DNA of 64,000 nucleotides from the human T2T-CHM13v2.0 reference genome, Homo sapiens. This document shows positions 29,002 to 43,861 of the stretch, piece after piece (positions within the stretch are counted from its first letter, which is position 1; each line of letters begins with the position of its first letter). The notes beneath the pieces were generated by a model. That model searched no databases and was not told where the DNA came from. It was given only the letters and a program-made list of their open reading frames with translations. The stretch lies in assembly GCF_009914755.1 (NCBI RefSeq), contig NC_060936.1; one strand, 5' to 3'. Made by a program: the position numbers and the translations under genes.

Positions 29002-29230
29002 CAAGCACAGGATGTGCTGTGATTTATTTAGCAATTTCCCTGTTGTTTTAACACTGGGGAGCCCTTATAGGCTTTGGAGCAGTGGAGAGACATGATATGA
29101 CTTATATTTTTTAGGGCTTTCAACAACAGGGAAATTGCTACATAAATCACAGCGAATCCTGTGCTTGGCAACATGGGGAGCCCTTATAGACTTTGAAGCA
29201 GTGGGGAGACATGATGTGACTTTTATTTTT
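29002..29230. repeat. Local inverted plus direct duplication, arranged A-B-revcomp(A)-B
   Basis: 46-bp arms at 29002-29047 and 29122-29167 (43/46 complementary); ~60-bp direct repeats at 29050-29111 and 29170-29230. Confidence 0.92.
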
Positions 29231-29561
29231 AAAGCATCTCATTTTGCCAAGAGTAAAAAAGCTTTAGTCCTTGTGATGGCCTTTGAGGCTTAGTCCCAAA
29301 CTTTACCTCTCTTGCTTCATCTCCTGCTCCTCCCCTGCTCAAGCCACTCCAACCACACTGGACTCCCCACTTTTCCTTTGGAAAAGGCCCCTGGGCCTTT
29401 TCACCAGCTGTTCTCTATGCTTAGAATGCCGAAGAACTCACTGTTCAGTTAGCTCAATGCCTTCAAACCTTTGCTTGTATCACCTTCTTAATGAAGCAAA
29501 CTGCTCCTCCCCATCTTACCTCTTGCTATTTCTGATCTCCTTCTCTCTCTTTCTTATTCCA

Positions 29562-29858
29562 TTTTTTGTTTTTATGTTTTTAGAGATAGAGTCTCTCTGT
29601 ATGACCCAGGCTGGAGTATAATGGTGCAGTCATGGCTCACTGCAGCCTCAAACTCCTGGACTCAAGGGCTCCTCCACCTCAGCCTTCCAAATAGCTGGTA
29701 CTACAGGAATGCACCACCACACCCAGCTAATTTTTATTTTGTAGAGATGGGATCTCACTATGTTGCCTAGGCTGGTCTTGAACTCCTGGCCTCAAGTGAT
29801 CCTCCTGCCTGGGCCTCCCAAAGTGCTGGGATTACATGCATGAGCTACCATGCCTAGC
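29562..29858 (-). mobile_element. AluJ
   Basis: Diverged Alu dimer with J-type features (gcagcctcaaactcctggactcaag). Confidence 0.9.
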
Positions 29859-30060
29859 TGTCTCTCTTAACCTCATATGCTTACTTTTTTTTTATATGGT
29901 GAGAACATTTAAAATTTATTATTTTAGTGATTTTCAAGGACAACACATTAGCTATAGTCACCATGTTGTACAATAGGCCACTTGAACTTATTCTTCTTGT
30001 GTAAATGAAGTTTTCTTGCTCTATATTTTTCACATCATCTATTACTTTCTGATATACTAT

Positions 30061-31592
30061 TTACTTTCTTCAACTTTTATTTTAGATTTAGGGGGTACAT
30101 GTGTAGGTTTGTTACATGGTACATTGCATGATGCTGAGGTTTAGAGTTTGATTGCACCATCATCCCAGGTACTGAGCATAGTAGTTTTTCAACCCCTGCC
30201 CGCCTCCCTTGCTGCTCTTGTATTCCTCAGTGTCTATTGTTCCCATCCTTATCTCTATGTGTACCCAGTGTTCAGCTCCCACTTATAAGTGAGAACTCAT
30301 GGTATCTGGTTTTCTGTTCTGCATTAGTTCAATTAGGGTGATGGCCTCCAGCTGTATCTGTGTTGCTGCAAAGAACATGATTTCACATTTTTTATGGCTG
30401 CATACTACTTCATGGTGTATATGTATCACATTTTCTTTATCCAATCCACCATTGATGGATACGTAGGTTGATTTCATGTCTTTGCTATTGTAAATAATGC
30501 TGCAATGAACATACAAGTACATGTGTCTTTTTGGTAGAACAATTTCTTTTCCTTTGGGCATATACCAGGTAATGGAATTGCTGGGTCAAATGGTAGTTAT
30601 ATTTTCAGTTCTTTGAGAAATCTCCAAACTGCTTTCCACCATGGCTGAACTAATTTACATTCCCACAAACAGTATATAAGCCTTCTCCTCTTTTCTCTGG
30701 AGTCCCACCGACATCTGTTATTTTTTGACTTTTTAATAAAAGCCATTCTGTCTGGTGTGAGATGGTATCTCATTGTGGTTTTGATTTGCATTTCTCTGAT
30801 TATTAGTGATGCTGAGCAACAAACATTTTTCATATGTTTGTTGGCTACTTGTATGTCTTTTTTAAAGAAGCATTTGTTCATTTGTTCAAAAGTCCTTTGC
30901 CCGCTTTTTAATGGGGTTGTTTTTTGCTTGTTGATTTGTTTAAGTTTCTTGTAGATCCTGGATATTAGACCTAGGTTTTCTTCTAGGATTTTTATAGTTT
31001 GAGGTCTTACATTTAAGTGTTTCTTCCATTTTGATTGTATATTGTGATAGGTAAGAATTCATTTTTCTGCCTATTGATAGCCAGTTATCCCAGCACCATT
31101 AATTGAATAGGGAGTCCTTTCTCTATTGCTTATTTTTGTTGACTTTGTTGAAGATTAGATGGTTGTAGATGTGTAGCTTCATTTCTAGGTTCTCTATTCT
31201 GTTCCATTGGTCTATGTGCTGTTTTTATCCCAGTATCATGCTGTTTTGGTTACTGTAGCCTTATAGTATAGTTTGAGGTTGGGTAGTGTGATGCTTTCAG
31301 CTTTGTTCCTTTTGCTTAGCATTGCTTTGGCTATTCAGGCTCTTTTCTGAGTCCATATAAATTTTAGAATAGTTTAATCTAATTCGGTGAAAAATGATGG
31401 TAGTTTGATAGGAATAGTATTGAATCTGTAGACTGCTTTGGGCAGTTTGGCCATTTTAACAATATTGATTCTTCCAATTCATCAACATGGAATGTTCTCC
31501 CATTTGCTTGCATCATCTCTGATTTCTTTTAGCAGTGTTTGATAGTTCTCCTTGGAGAGGTCATTCACCTCCTTGTATTGTTAGATGTATTC

Positions 31593-31625
<33 letters not shown>

Positions 31626-33436
31626 GCTATTGCAAATGGGATTGCATTCTTAATATGGCTCTCAGCATGAACATTATTGGTAATACAAATGTAACAGATT
31701 TTTGTACATTGACTTTGTATCCTGAAACTACTGAAGTTGTTTATAAGTTCTCAGATTATTATGGCAGATTCTTTATTATTTTCTAGGTATAGAATCATAT
31801 TGTCAGTGAAGACAGATAGTTTGACTTCTTTTACTATTTGGATGCCTTTTATTTCTTTCTCTTGCCTGATTGCTCTGGTTAGCACTTGCAGTACTATGTT
31901 GAACAGGAGTGGTGAGAGTGGGCATCCTTTGTCTTGTCCCAGTTCTCAAGGTGAACGCTTCCAGCTTTTGACCATTCAGTATGATATTGGCTATGAGTTC
32001 ATCATAGATGGCTCTTATTATTTTGAGGTATGTTCTTTTGATGCCTAGTATATTGAGGGTTTTTATCATGAAGGGATGTTGGATTTTATTGAAAGCTTTC
32101 TCTGCATCTATTGAGATGATCATATGGTTTTTTGTTTTTAATTCTGTTTATGTGGTGAATCACATTTATTGATTTGTGTATGTTGAGCCAAGCTTATATC
32201 CTAGGAAAAATGCCTATTTGATTGTGGTGAATTAACTTTTTGATGTGCTGCTGGATTCAGTTTGCTAGTATTTTGTTGAGGGTTTGTTCATCTATGTTCA
32301 TCAGTGATATTGGCCTGTAGTTGTCTTTTTTTGTTGTGTCTTTGCCAGATTTTGACATCAGGATGATGCTGGAGTTAGGGAGGAGTCCCTCCTCCTCAAT
32401 TCTTGGGAATAGTTTCAGTGGGATAGGTACCAGCTCTTCTTTGTACACCTGGTTGAATTTGGCTGAGTCCATCCATCCAGGGTTTTGTTTTTTTTTTTTT
32501 GGTTGGTAGATTTTTTATTACCGATTCAATTTTGGAACTCATTATTGATCTGTTTAGGGTTTCAATTTCTTCCTGGTTCAATCTTGGGAGGTCATGAATT
32601 TATAGGATTTTATCCATTTCCTCTAGATTTCCTAGTTTGTGTGCATAGAGGTGTCATAAGGATGTTTTATTTTTCTGTGGAATTGGTTGCAATATCACCT
32701 TTGTCATTTCTGATTGTGCTTATTTGGAACTTCTCTTTTTTTTCCTTGTTAATGTAGCTAGCAGTCTATCAATCTTGTTTATCCTTTCAAAGAACAAACT
32801 TTTGGGTTTATTGATCCTTTGTTTGCATTTTTGTGTCTCAATTTCATTCAGTTCTGCTCTTCTTTTCTTCTGCTAGTTTTGGGGTCAGTTTGTTCTTGTA
32901 TTTCTAGTTCTTCTAGGTGCAATATTAGATTGTTAATTTGAGATCTTTCTAACTTTTTGATGTAGGCATTTAGTGCTATAAACTTTCCTTTTAACACTGC
33001 TTTTGCTGCATTCCAGAGATTTTGGTATTTGTGTTTCTGTTTTCATTAACTTCAAATCATTTTTTGATTTTTACCTTTATTTTGTTGTTTACCCAAAAGT
33101 CATTCAGGAGCAAGTTGCTTAATTTCCATGTAATTGGGTGGTTTTGAGTATTGATTTGTTATTGATTTCTGTTTTTATTCCACTGTGGTCTGAGAGTACG
33201 TTTGGTATGATGTTGATTTTTTAAAAATTGATTAAGACTTGCTTTGTGGCTGAGCATATGGTCAATCTTAGAGTATGTTCCATGTGCAGATAAGAATAAT
33301 GTGTATTCTCTGGTTGTTGGGTGGAATATTCTGTAGATCTCTTTTAGGTCCAACTGGTCAAGTGTTGAATGTAAGTCCAGAATTTCTTTGTTAGTTTTCT
33401 GCCTTGATGATCTGTCTAACACTGTCAGTGGGGTGT
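30061..33436 (-). mobile_element. Older L1 (L1PA15/16- or L1PB-like), 3'UTR and ORF2 part
   Basis: L1 3' end (ttttattttagatttagggggtacatgtg). ORF2 fragments in the ORF track include [23 protein letters not shown] and NFNTPLTVLDRSSRQK. There is an internal deletion near 30970. Confidence 0.92.
31597..31625 (+). repeat. (TG)n microsatellite inside the older L1
   Basis: Read directly from the sequence. Confidence 0.95.
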
Positions 33437-33689
33437 TGAAATTCTCCACTATTATTATTATTTATTATACTTTAAGTTCTAGGGTACATGTGCACAATGT
33501 GCAGGTTTGTTACGTCTGTATACATGTGCCATGTTGGTGTGCTGCACCCATTAACTCGTCATTTACATTAGGTATATCTCCTAATGCTATCCCTCCCCTC
33601 TCCCCCCACCCCACGACAAGCCCTGGTATGTGATGTTCCCCACCCTGTTTCCAAGTGTTCTCATTGTTCAATTCCCACCTATGATAGAG

Positions 33690-36600
33690 AACATGCAGTG
33701 GTTGTTTTTCTGTCCTTGTGGTAGTTTGCACAGAATGATAGTTTCCAGCTTCATCCATGTCCCTACAAAGGACATGAACTCATCCTTTTTTATGGCTGCA
33801 TAGTATTGCATGGTGTATATGTGTCACATTTTCTTAATCCAGTCCATCATTGACGGACATTTGGGTTGGTTCCAAATCTTTGCTATTGTGAATAGTGCCA
33901 CAATAAACATATGTGTGCATGTATCTTTATAACAGCATCATTTATAATCCTTTGGGTATACACCCAGTAATGGGATGGCTGGGTCAAATGGTATTTCTAG
34001 TTCTAAATCCTTGAGGAATCACCACACTGTCTTCCACAATGGTTGAACTAGTTTACAGTCCCACCAACAGTGTAAAAGTGTTCCCATTTCTCCACATCCT
34101 CTCCAGCATCTGTTGTTTCCCGACTCATCAACGATCGCCATTCTAACTGGTGTGAGATGGTACCTCATTGTGGTTTTATTTGCAATGCTCCAGTGATGAT
34201 GAGCATTTTTTCATGTGTCTGTTGGCTGCATAAATGTCTTCTTTTGAGAAGTGTCTGTTCATATCCTTTGCCCACTTTTTGATGAGGTTGTTTGATTTTT
34301 TCTTGTAAATTTGTTTAAGTTCTTTGTAGATTCTGGATATTAGCCCTTTGTCAGATGGGTAGGTTGTAAAATTTTTCTCCCATTATGTAGGTTGCCTGCC
34401 CACTCCGATGGTAGTTTCTTTTGCTGTGCAGAAGCTTTTCAGTTTAACCAGATCCCATTTGTCAATTTTGGCTTTTGTTGCCATTGCTTTTGGTGTTTTA
34501 GTTATGAAGTCCTTGCCCATGCCTATGTCCTGAATGGTATTGCCTAGGTTTTCTTCTAGGGTTTTTATGGTTTTAGGTCTAACATTTAAGTCTTTATTCC
34601 ATCTTGAATTAATTTTTCTATAAGGTGTAAGGAAGGGATCCAGTTTCAGCTTTCTACACATGGCTAGCCAGTTTTCCCAGCACCATTTATTAAATAGGGA
34701 ATCCTTTCCCCATTTCTTGTTTTTGTCAGGTTTGTCAAAGATCAGATGGTTGTAGATGTGGTATTATTTCTGAGGGTTCTGTTCTGTTCCATTGGTCTAT
34801 ATCTCTGTTTTGGTACCAGTACCATGCTGTTTTGATTACTGTAGCCTTGTAGTATTGTTTGAAGTCAGGTAACGTGATGCCTCCAATTTGTTCTTTTGGC
34901 TTAGGATTGTCTTGGCTTTGTGGGCTCTTTTTTGGTTCCATATGAACTTCAAAGTAGTTTTTTCCAATTCTGTGAAGAAAGGCATTGGTAGCTTGATGGG
35001 GATGGCATTTAATCTATAAATTACCTTGGGCAGTATGGCCATCTCAACACTGACTCTTCCCATCCATGAGCATGGAATGTTCCTCCATTTGCCTGTGTCC
35101 TCCCTCACCTCATTGAGCAGTGGTCTGCAGTCCTCCCCAAAGAGATCCCCCACATCCCTGCAAGCTGGATTCCCAGGCATTTCATTCTCCCTGAAGCAAT
35201 TGTGAATGGGAGTTCACCCATGACCCGGCTCTCTGTTTGTCCATTATTGGTGTATAGGAATGCTTGTGATTTTTGCACACTGACCCTGCATCCTGAGACT
35301 TTGCCAAAGTTGCCCATCAGCCTAAGGAGATTTAGGGCTAAGACAATGGGGCTTTCCAAACATACAATCATGTCATCTGCAAATAGGGACAATTTGACTT
35401 CCTCTTTTCCTAATTGAATACCCTTTATTTCTTTCTCCCACCTGATTGCCCTGGCCAGAACCTCCAACACTACATTGAATAGGAGTGGTGAGAGAGGGCA
35501 TCCCTGTCTTGTGCCAGTTTTCAAAGGGAATGCTTCCAGTTTTTGCCCATCCAGTATGATATTGGCTGTGGGTTTGTCATAAATAGCTCCCATTATTTTG
35601 AGATACATCCCATCAATACCTAGTTTACTGAGAGTTTTTAGCATGAAGCGCTGTTGAATTCTGTCAAAGGCCTTTTCTGCATCTGTTGAGATAATCATCT
35701 GGTTTTTGTCTTTGGTTCTGTTTATATGATGGATTACGTTTATTGATTTGCTTGCATTGAACCAGCCTTGCATCCCAGGGGTGAAGCCAACTTGATCATG
35801 GTGGACAAGCCTGTCGATGTGCTGCTGGATTCGATTTGTCAGTATTTTACTGAGGATTTTTGCATCGATGTTCATCAGGGATATTGGTCTAAAATTCTCT
35901 TTTTTTGTTGTATCTCTGCAAGGCTTTGGTATCTGGATGATTCTGGCCTCATAAAATGAGTTAGGGAGGATTCCCTCTTTTTCTATGGATTGGAATCATT
36001 TCAGAAGGAATGGTACCAGCTCCTCTTTGTACCTCTGGTAGAATTCGGCTGTGAATCTTTCTGGTCCTGGACTTCTGATTGGTAGGCTATTAATTATTGC
36101 CTCAATTCCAGAGCCCGTTATTGGTCCATTCAGTGACTAAACCTCTTCCTGGTTTAGTCTTTGGAGGGTGTATGTGTCCAGGAACTTATCCATTCCTTCC
36201 ATAATTTCTAGTTTATTTGCGTGGAGGTGTTTACAGTATTCTCTGATGGAAGTTTGTATCTCTGTGGGATGATAAAGGGGGGTGATATCCCCTTTATCAT
36301 TTTTCACTGCGTCCATTTGATTCTTCTCTCTTTTCTTCTTTATTAATCTTGCTAGTGGTCTATCAATTTTGTTAATCTTTTCAAAAAACCAGCTCCTGGA
36401 TTCATTGATTTTTTGAAGGGTTCTTTGTGTCTCTATCTCCTTCAGTTCTGCTCTGATCTTAGTTATTTCTTGCCTTCTGCTAACTTTCGAATGTGTTTGC
36501 TCTTGCTTTTCTAGTTCTTTTAATTGTGATGTTAAGGTGTCAATTTTAGATCTTTCCTGCTTTCTCTTGTGGGCATTTAGTGCCATAAATTTCCCTCTAC

Positions 36601-37486
36601 ACACTGCTTTAAATGTGTCCCAGAGATTCTGTTATGTTGTGTCTTTGTTCTCATTGGTTTCAAAGAACATCTTTATTTCTGCTTTCATTTTGTTATGTAC
36701 CCAGTAGTCATTCAGGATCAGATTGTTCAGTTTCCATGTAGTTGAGCAGTTTTGAGTGAGTTTCTCAATCCCGAGCTCCAGTCTGATTGCACGGTGGTCT
36801 GAGAGACGGTTTGTTTTAATTTCTGTTCTTTTACATTTGCTGAGGAGTGCTTAACTTCCAACTATGTGGTAAATTTTGGAATAAGTGTGTTGTGATGCTG
36901 AGAAGAATGTATATTCTGTTGATTTGGGGTGGAGAGTTCTGTAGATGTCTGTTAGGTCCACTTGGTGCAGAGCTGAGTTCAATTCCTGGATATCCCTGCC
37001 AACTTTCTGTCTCGTTGATCTGTCTAATGTTGACAGAGGGGTGTTAAAGTCTCCCATTATTATTGTGTGGGAGTCTAGGTCTCTTTGTAGGTCTCTAAGG
37101 ACCTGCTTTATGAATCTGGGTGCTCCTGTATTGGGTGCATATATATTCAGGATAGTTAGCTCTCCTTGTTGAATTGATCCCTTTACCATTATGTAATGGC
37201 CTTCTTTGTCTCTTTTAATCTTTGTTGGTTTAAAGTCTGTTTTATCAGAGACCAGGACCACAATCCCTGCTTTTTTTTGTTTTCCATTTGCTTGGTAGAT
37301 CTTCCTCCATCCCTTTATTTTGAGCCTATGTGTGTCTCTGCACGTGAGATGGGTCTCCTGGATACAACACACTGATGGGTCCTGACTCTTCATCCAATTT
37401 GTCAGTCTGTGTCTTTTAGTTGGAGCATTTAGCCCATTTACATTTAAGGTTAATATTGTTATGTGTGAATCTGATCCTATCATCAT
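33690..37486 (-). pseudogene. L1 ORF2p (endonuclease/reverse transcriptase), fragmented
   Basis: EN fragment (HITILTLNVNGLNAP...GDFNTPLS) and RT fragment ([11 protein letters not shown]...SLFADDMIV) are separated by stops and frameshifts. Confidence 0.92.
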
Positions 37487-37579
37487 GATGCTAGCTGGTT
37501 ATTTTGCTCGTTAGCTGTTGCAGTTTCTTCCCAGCATCGATGGTCTTTACAATTTGGCATGTTTTTGCAGTGGCTGGTA

Positions 37580-38564
37580 TCAGTTGTTCCTTTCCATGTT
37601 TAGTGCTTCCTTTAGGAGCTCTTCTAAGGCAGGCCTGGTTGTGACAAAATCTCTCAGCATTTGCTTGTCTGTAAAGGATTTTATTTCTCCTTCACCCATG
37701 AAGCCTAGCTTGGCTGGATCTGAAACTCTGGGCTGAAAATTCTTCTCTTTAAGAATATTGAATATTGGCCCCCACTCTTTTCTGGCTTGTAGAGTCTCTG
37801 CCGAGAGATCTGCTGTTAGTCTGATGGGCTTCCCTTTGTGGGTAACCCGACCTTTCTCTCTGGCTGCCCTTAACATTTTTTCCTTCATTTCAACTTTGGT
37901 GAATCTGACAATTACGTGTCCTGGAGTTGCTCTTCTCGAGGAGTATCTTTGTGGCATTCTCTGTATTTCCTGAATTTGAATGTTGGTCTGTCTTGCTAGG
38001 TTGGGGAAGTTCTCCTGGATAATATCCTGAAGAGTGTTTTCCAACTTGTTTCCATTCTCCCTGTCACTTTCAGGTACACCAATCAGACATAAATTTGGTC
38101 TTTTCACATAGTCCCATATTTCTTGGAGGTTTTGTTTGTTTCTTTTTACTCTTTTTTCTCTAAACTTCTCTTCTCGCTTCATTTCATTCATTTGATCTTC
38201 AATCACTGATACCCTTTCTTCCACTTTAGCTACTGAAGCTTATGCATGCATCACGTAGTTCTCGTGCCATGGTTTTTGGCTCCATCAGGTCATTGAAGGT
38301 CTTCTCTAAGCTGTTTATTCTAGTTAGCCATTCGTCTAATCTTTTTTCAAGGTTTTTAGCTTCTTTGTGATGGGTTTGAACATCCTCCTTTAGCTCAGAG
38401 AAGTTTGTTATTACTGATCGTCTGAAGCCTTCTTCTCTCAACTCGTCAAAGTCATTCTCCATCCGGCTTTGTTCTGTTGCTGGTGAGGAGCTGCATTCCT
38501 TTGGAGGAGAAGAGGTGCTCTGATTTTTAGAATTGTCAGCTTTTCTGCTCTGGTTTCTCCCCAT
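37580..38564 (-). pseudogene. L1 ORF1p, disrupted by a small deletion near 38225
   Basis: ORF track fragments MGRNQSRKADNSKNQ... and MEERVSVIEDQMNE...EALNMERNN lie in different frames. Confidence 0.92.
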
Positions 38565-38691
38565 CTTTGTGGTTTTATCTACCTTTGGTCTTTGATGATG
38601 GTGACGTACAGATGGGGTTTTGGTGTGGATGTCCTTTCTGTTTGTTAGTTTTCCTTCTAGCAGTCAGGACCCTCAGCTGCAGGTCTGTTGG

Positions 38692-38821
38692 AGTTTGCTG
38701 GAGGTCCACTCCAGACCCTGTTTGCCTGGGTATCACCAGCGGAGGCTGCAGAACAGCAAATATTGCAGAATGGCAAATGTTGCTGCCTGATATTTCCTCT
38801 GGAAGCTTCATCTCAGAGGGG
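38692..38821 (-). promoter_or_regulatory. ~129-bp L1 5'UTR segment containing the ZNF93 repressor-binding site
   Basis: The segment tttgctggaggtccactccagacc...tcagaggg lies between ggtctgttgga and cacccagctg. It is deleted in L1PA2/L1HS and late L1PA3 (established knowledge), which dates this copy as older. Confidence 0.7.
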
Positions 38822-39139
38822 CACCCAGCTGTATGAGGTGTCAGTCAGCCCCTACTGGGAGGTGTCTCCCAGTTAGGATACTGGGGGGTCAGGGACCCAC
38901 TTGAGGAGGCAGTCTGTCTGTTCTCAGATCTCAAACTCCATGCTGGGAGAACAACTACTCTCTTCAAAGCTGTCAGACAGAGACATTTAAGTCTGCAGAA
39001 GTTTCTGCTGCCTTTTGTTTGGCTATGCCCTGCCCCCGGAGGTGGAGTCTACAGAGGCAGGCAGGCCTCCTTGAGCTGCAGTGGGCTCCACCCAGTTCGA
39101 GCTTCCCAGCCACTTTGTTTACCTACTCAAGCCTCAGCA

Positions 39140-39403
39140 ATGATGGACGCCCCTCCCCCAGCCTCGCTGCCACCTTGCAGTTCGATCTCAGACTGCTGTG
39201 CTAGCAGTGAGCAAGGCTCTGTGGGCGTGGGACCCTCTGAGCCAGGCACTGGATATAATCTCCTGGTGTGCCATTTGCTAAGACTGTTGGAAAAGCGCAA
39301 TACTAGTGTAGGAGTGTCCCGATTTTCCGGGTACCATCTGTCACAGCTTCTCTTGGCTAAGAAAGGGAATTCATTGACCCCTTGTGCTTCCCGGGTGAGG
39401 TGA
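39140..39403 (+). CDS. L1 antisense ORF0 homologue, open, 87 aa (MMDAPPPASLPPCSSISDCCASS...)
   Basis: Matches the primate L1 ORF0 N-terminus (MAGAPPPASLPPCSLISDCCAS) and lies antisense in the L1 5'UTR. There is no evidence of expression. Confidence 0.55.
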   Translation: MMDAPPPASLPPCSSISDCCASSEQGSVGVGPSEPGTGYNLLVCHLLRLLEKRNTSVGVSRFSGYHLSQLLLAKKGNSLTPCASRVR

Positions 39404-39596
39404 TGCCCTGCCCTGCTTTGGCTCATGCTCTGTGGGCTGCACCCACTGTCCAACAACCCCAGTAAGATGAACCCGGTACCTCATTTGGAAATGCAGAAAT
39501 CACCCGTCTTCTGCATTGCTCATGCCTGGAGCTGTAGACTGGAGCTGTTCCTATTTAGCCATCTTGGAACCTCCAGTGAAATTCTCCACTATTATT

Positions 39597-42760
<3,164 letters not shown>

Positions 42761-43002
42761 TGAAAACAGAATCATACTCTTTGGAGTCTTCTGCACTTCA
42801 GTACTGTGTTTCCAGAATTCACCCATGTTTGATTTCTACAGCTGTGGTTCATTGGTTTTTGCTGTATGTTACTTATCCAGTGTCCTGTTGATGGACAATT
42901 GGGTTGTACTTACCTCTGTTATTATAAATAACACTCCTACAAACATTTTGCTCGTGATTCCTGGGGCATTATATGCAAAATCTCTGTAGAGTGTATACCT
43001 AG

Positions 43003-43440
<438 letters not shown>

Positions 43441-43569
43441 TAATATTTGGTACTATGCTAAGGTGGCTGGCAAGTAGTATCTCATAATGGTTTGAATTTG
43501 CATTTACCTTATTACTAACTTAGGAGATTGAATGTCCTTTCAAATGATTGTTGCTATTTATCTTTCCTC

Positions 43570-43861
43570 TTTCGTTTTTTGGTGGGGACAGAGTCTCACT
43601 ATGTCAGCCAGGCTAGAGTGCAATGGCATGATCTCAGCTCACTGCTACCTCCGCTCCTGGGTTCAAGCGATTCTCCTGCCTCAGCCTCCCGAGTAGCTGG
43701 GATTACAGGTGCCTGCCACCAGACCTGGCTAATTTTTGTATTTTTAGTACAGACAGGGTTTTACCATGTTGGCCAGGCTGGTCTCTAACTCCTGACCTCA
43801 GGTGATCCACTCCCCTCAGCCTCCCAAAGTGCCGGGATTATAGGTGTGAGCCATCACGCCT
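43570..43861 (-). mobile_element. AluS
   Basis: Full dimer in reverse orientation. Confidence 0.93.

Larger units (their letters stand above)
33457..39576 (-). mobile_element. Full-length (~6.1 kb) L1PA element (approx. L1PA4-6), inactive, A-to-G hypermutated
   Basis: 5' end GGAGGTTCCAAGATGGCTAAATAGGAACAGCTCC, ORF1 and ORF2 fragments, 3'UTR and tail; 20-bp TSD tgaaattctccactattatt at 33437-33456 and 39577-39596. Confidence 0.97.

Noticed and set aside
29002-29167. Hairpin as a pre-miRNA
   Set aside because: The 74-nt loop is far too large, and the arms and loop are repeat-derived; a rearrangement explains it better.
35041-35370. APOBEC3 editing or GC-biased gene conversion as the cause of the L1 hypermutation
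   Set aside because: APOBEC3 gives G-to-A on the sense strand, the opposite of what is seen. Gene conversion should give both A-to-G and T-to-C on each strand plus transversions, but by eye the changes are almost all T-to-C on +. A formal count is still needed.
33690-38564. Reverse transcriptase/endonuclease as a novel or active retroelement system
   Set aside because: This is ordinary L1 ORF1/ORF2 with stops and frameshifts and is not retrotransposition-competent. Only the substitution pattern is unusual.
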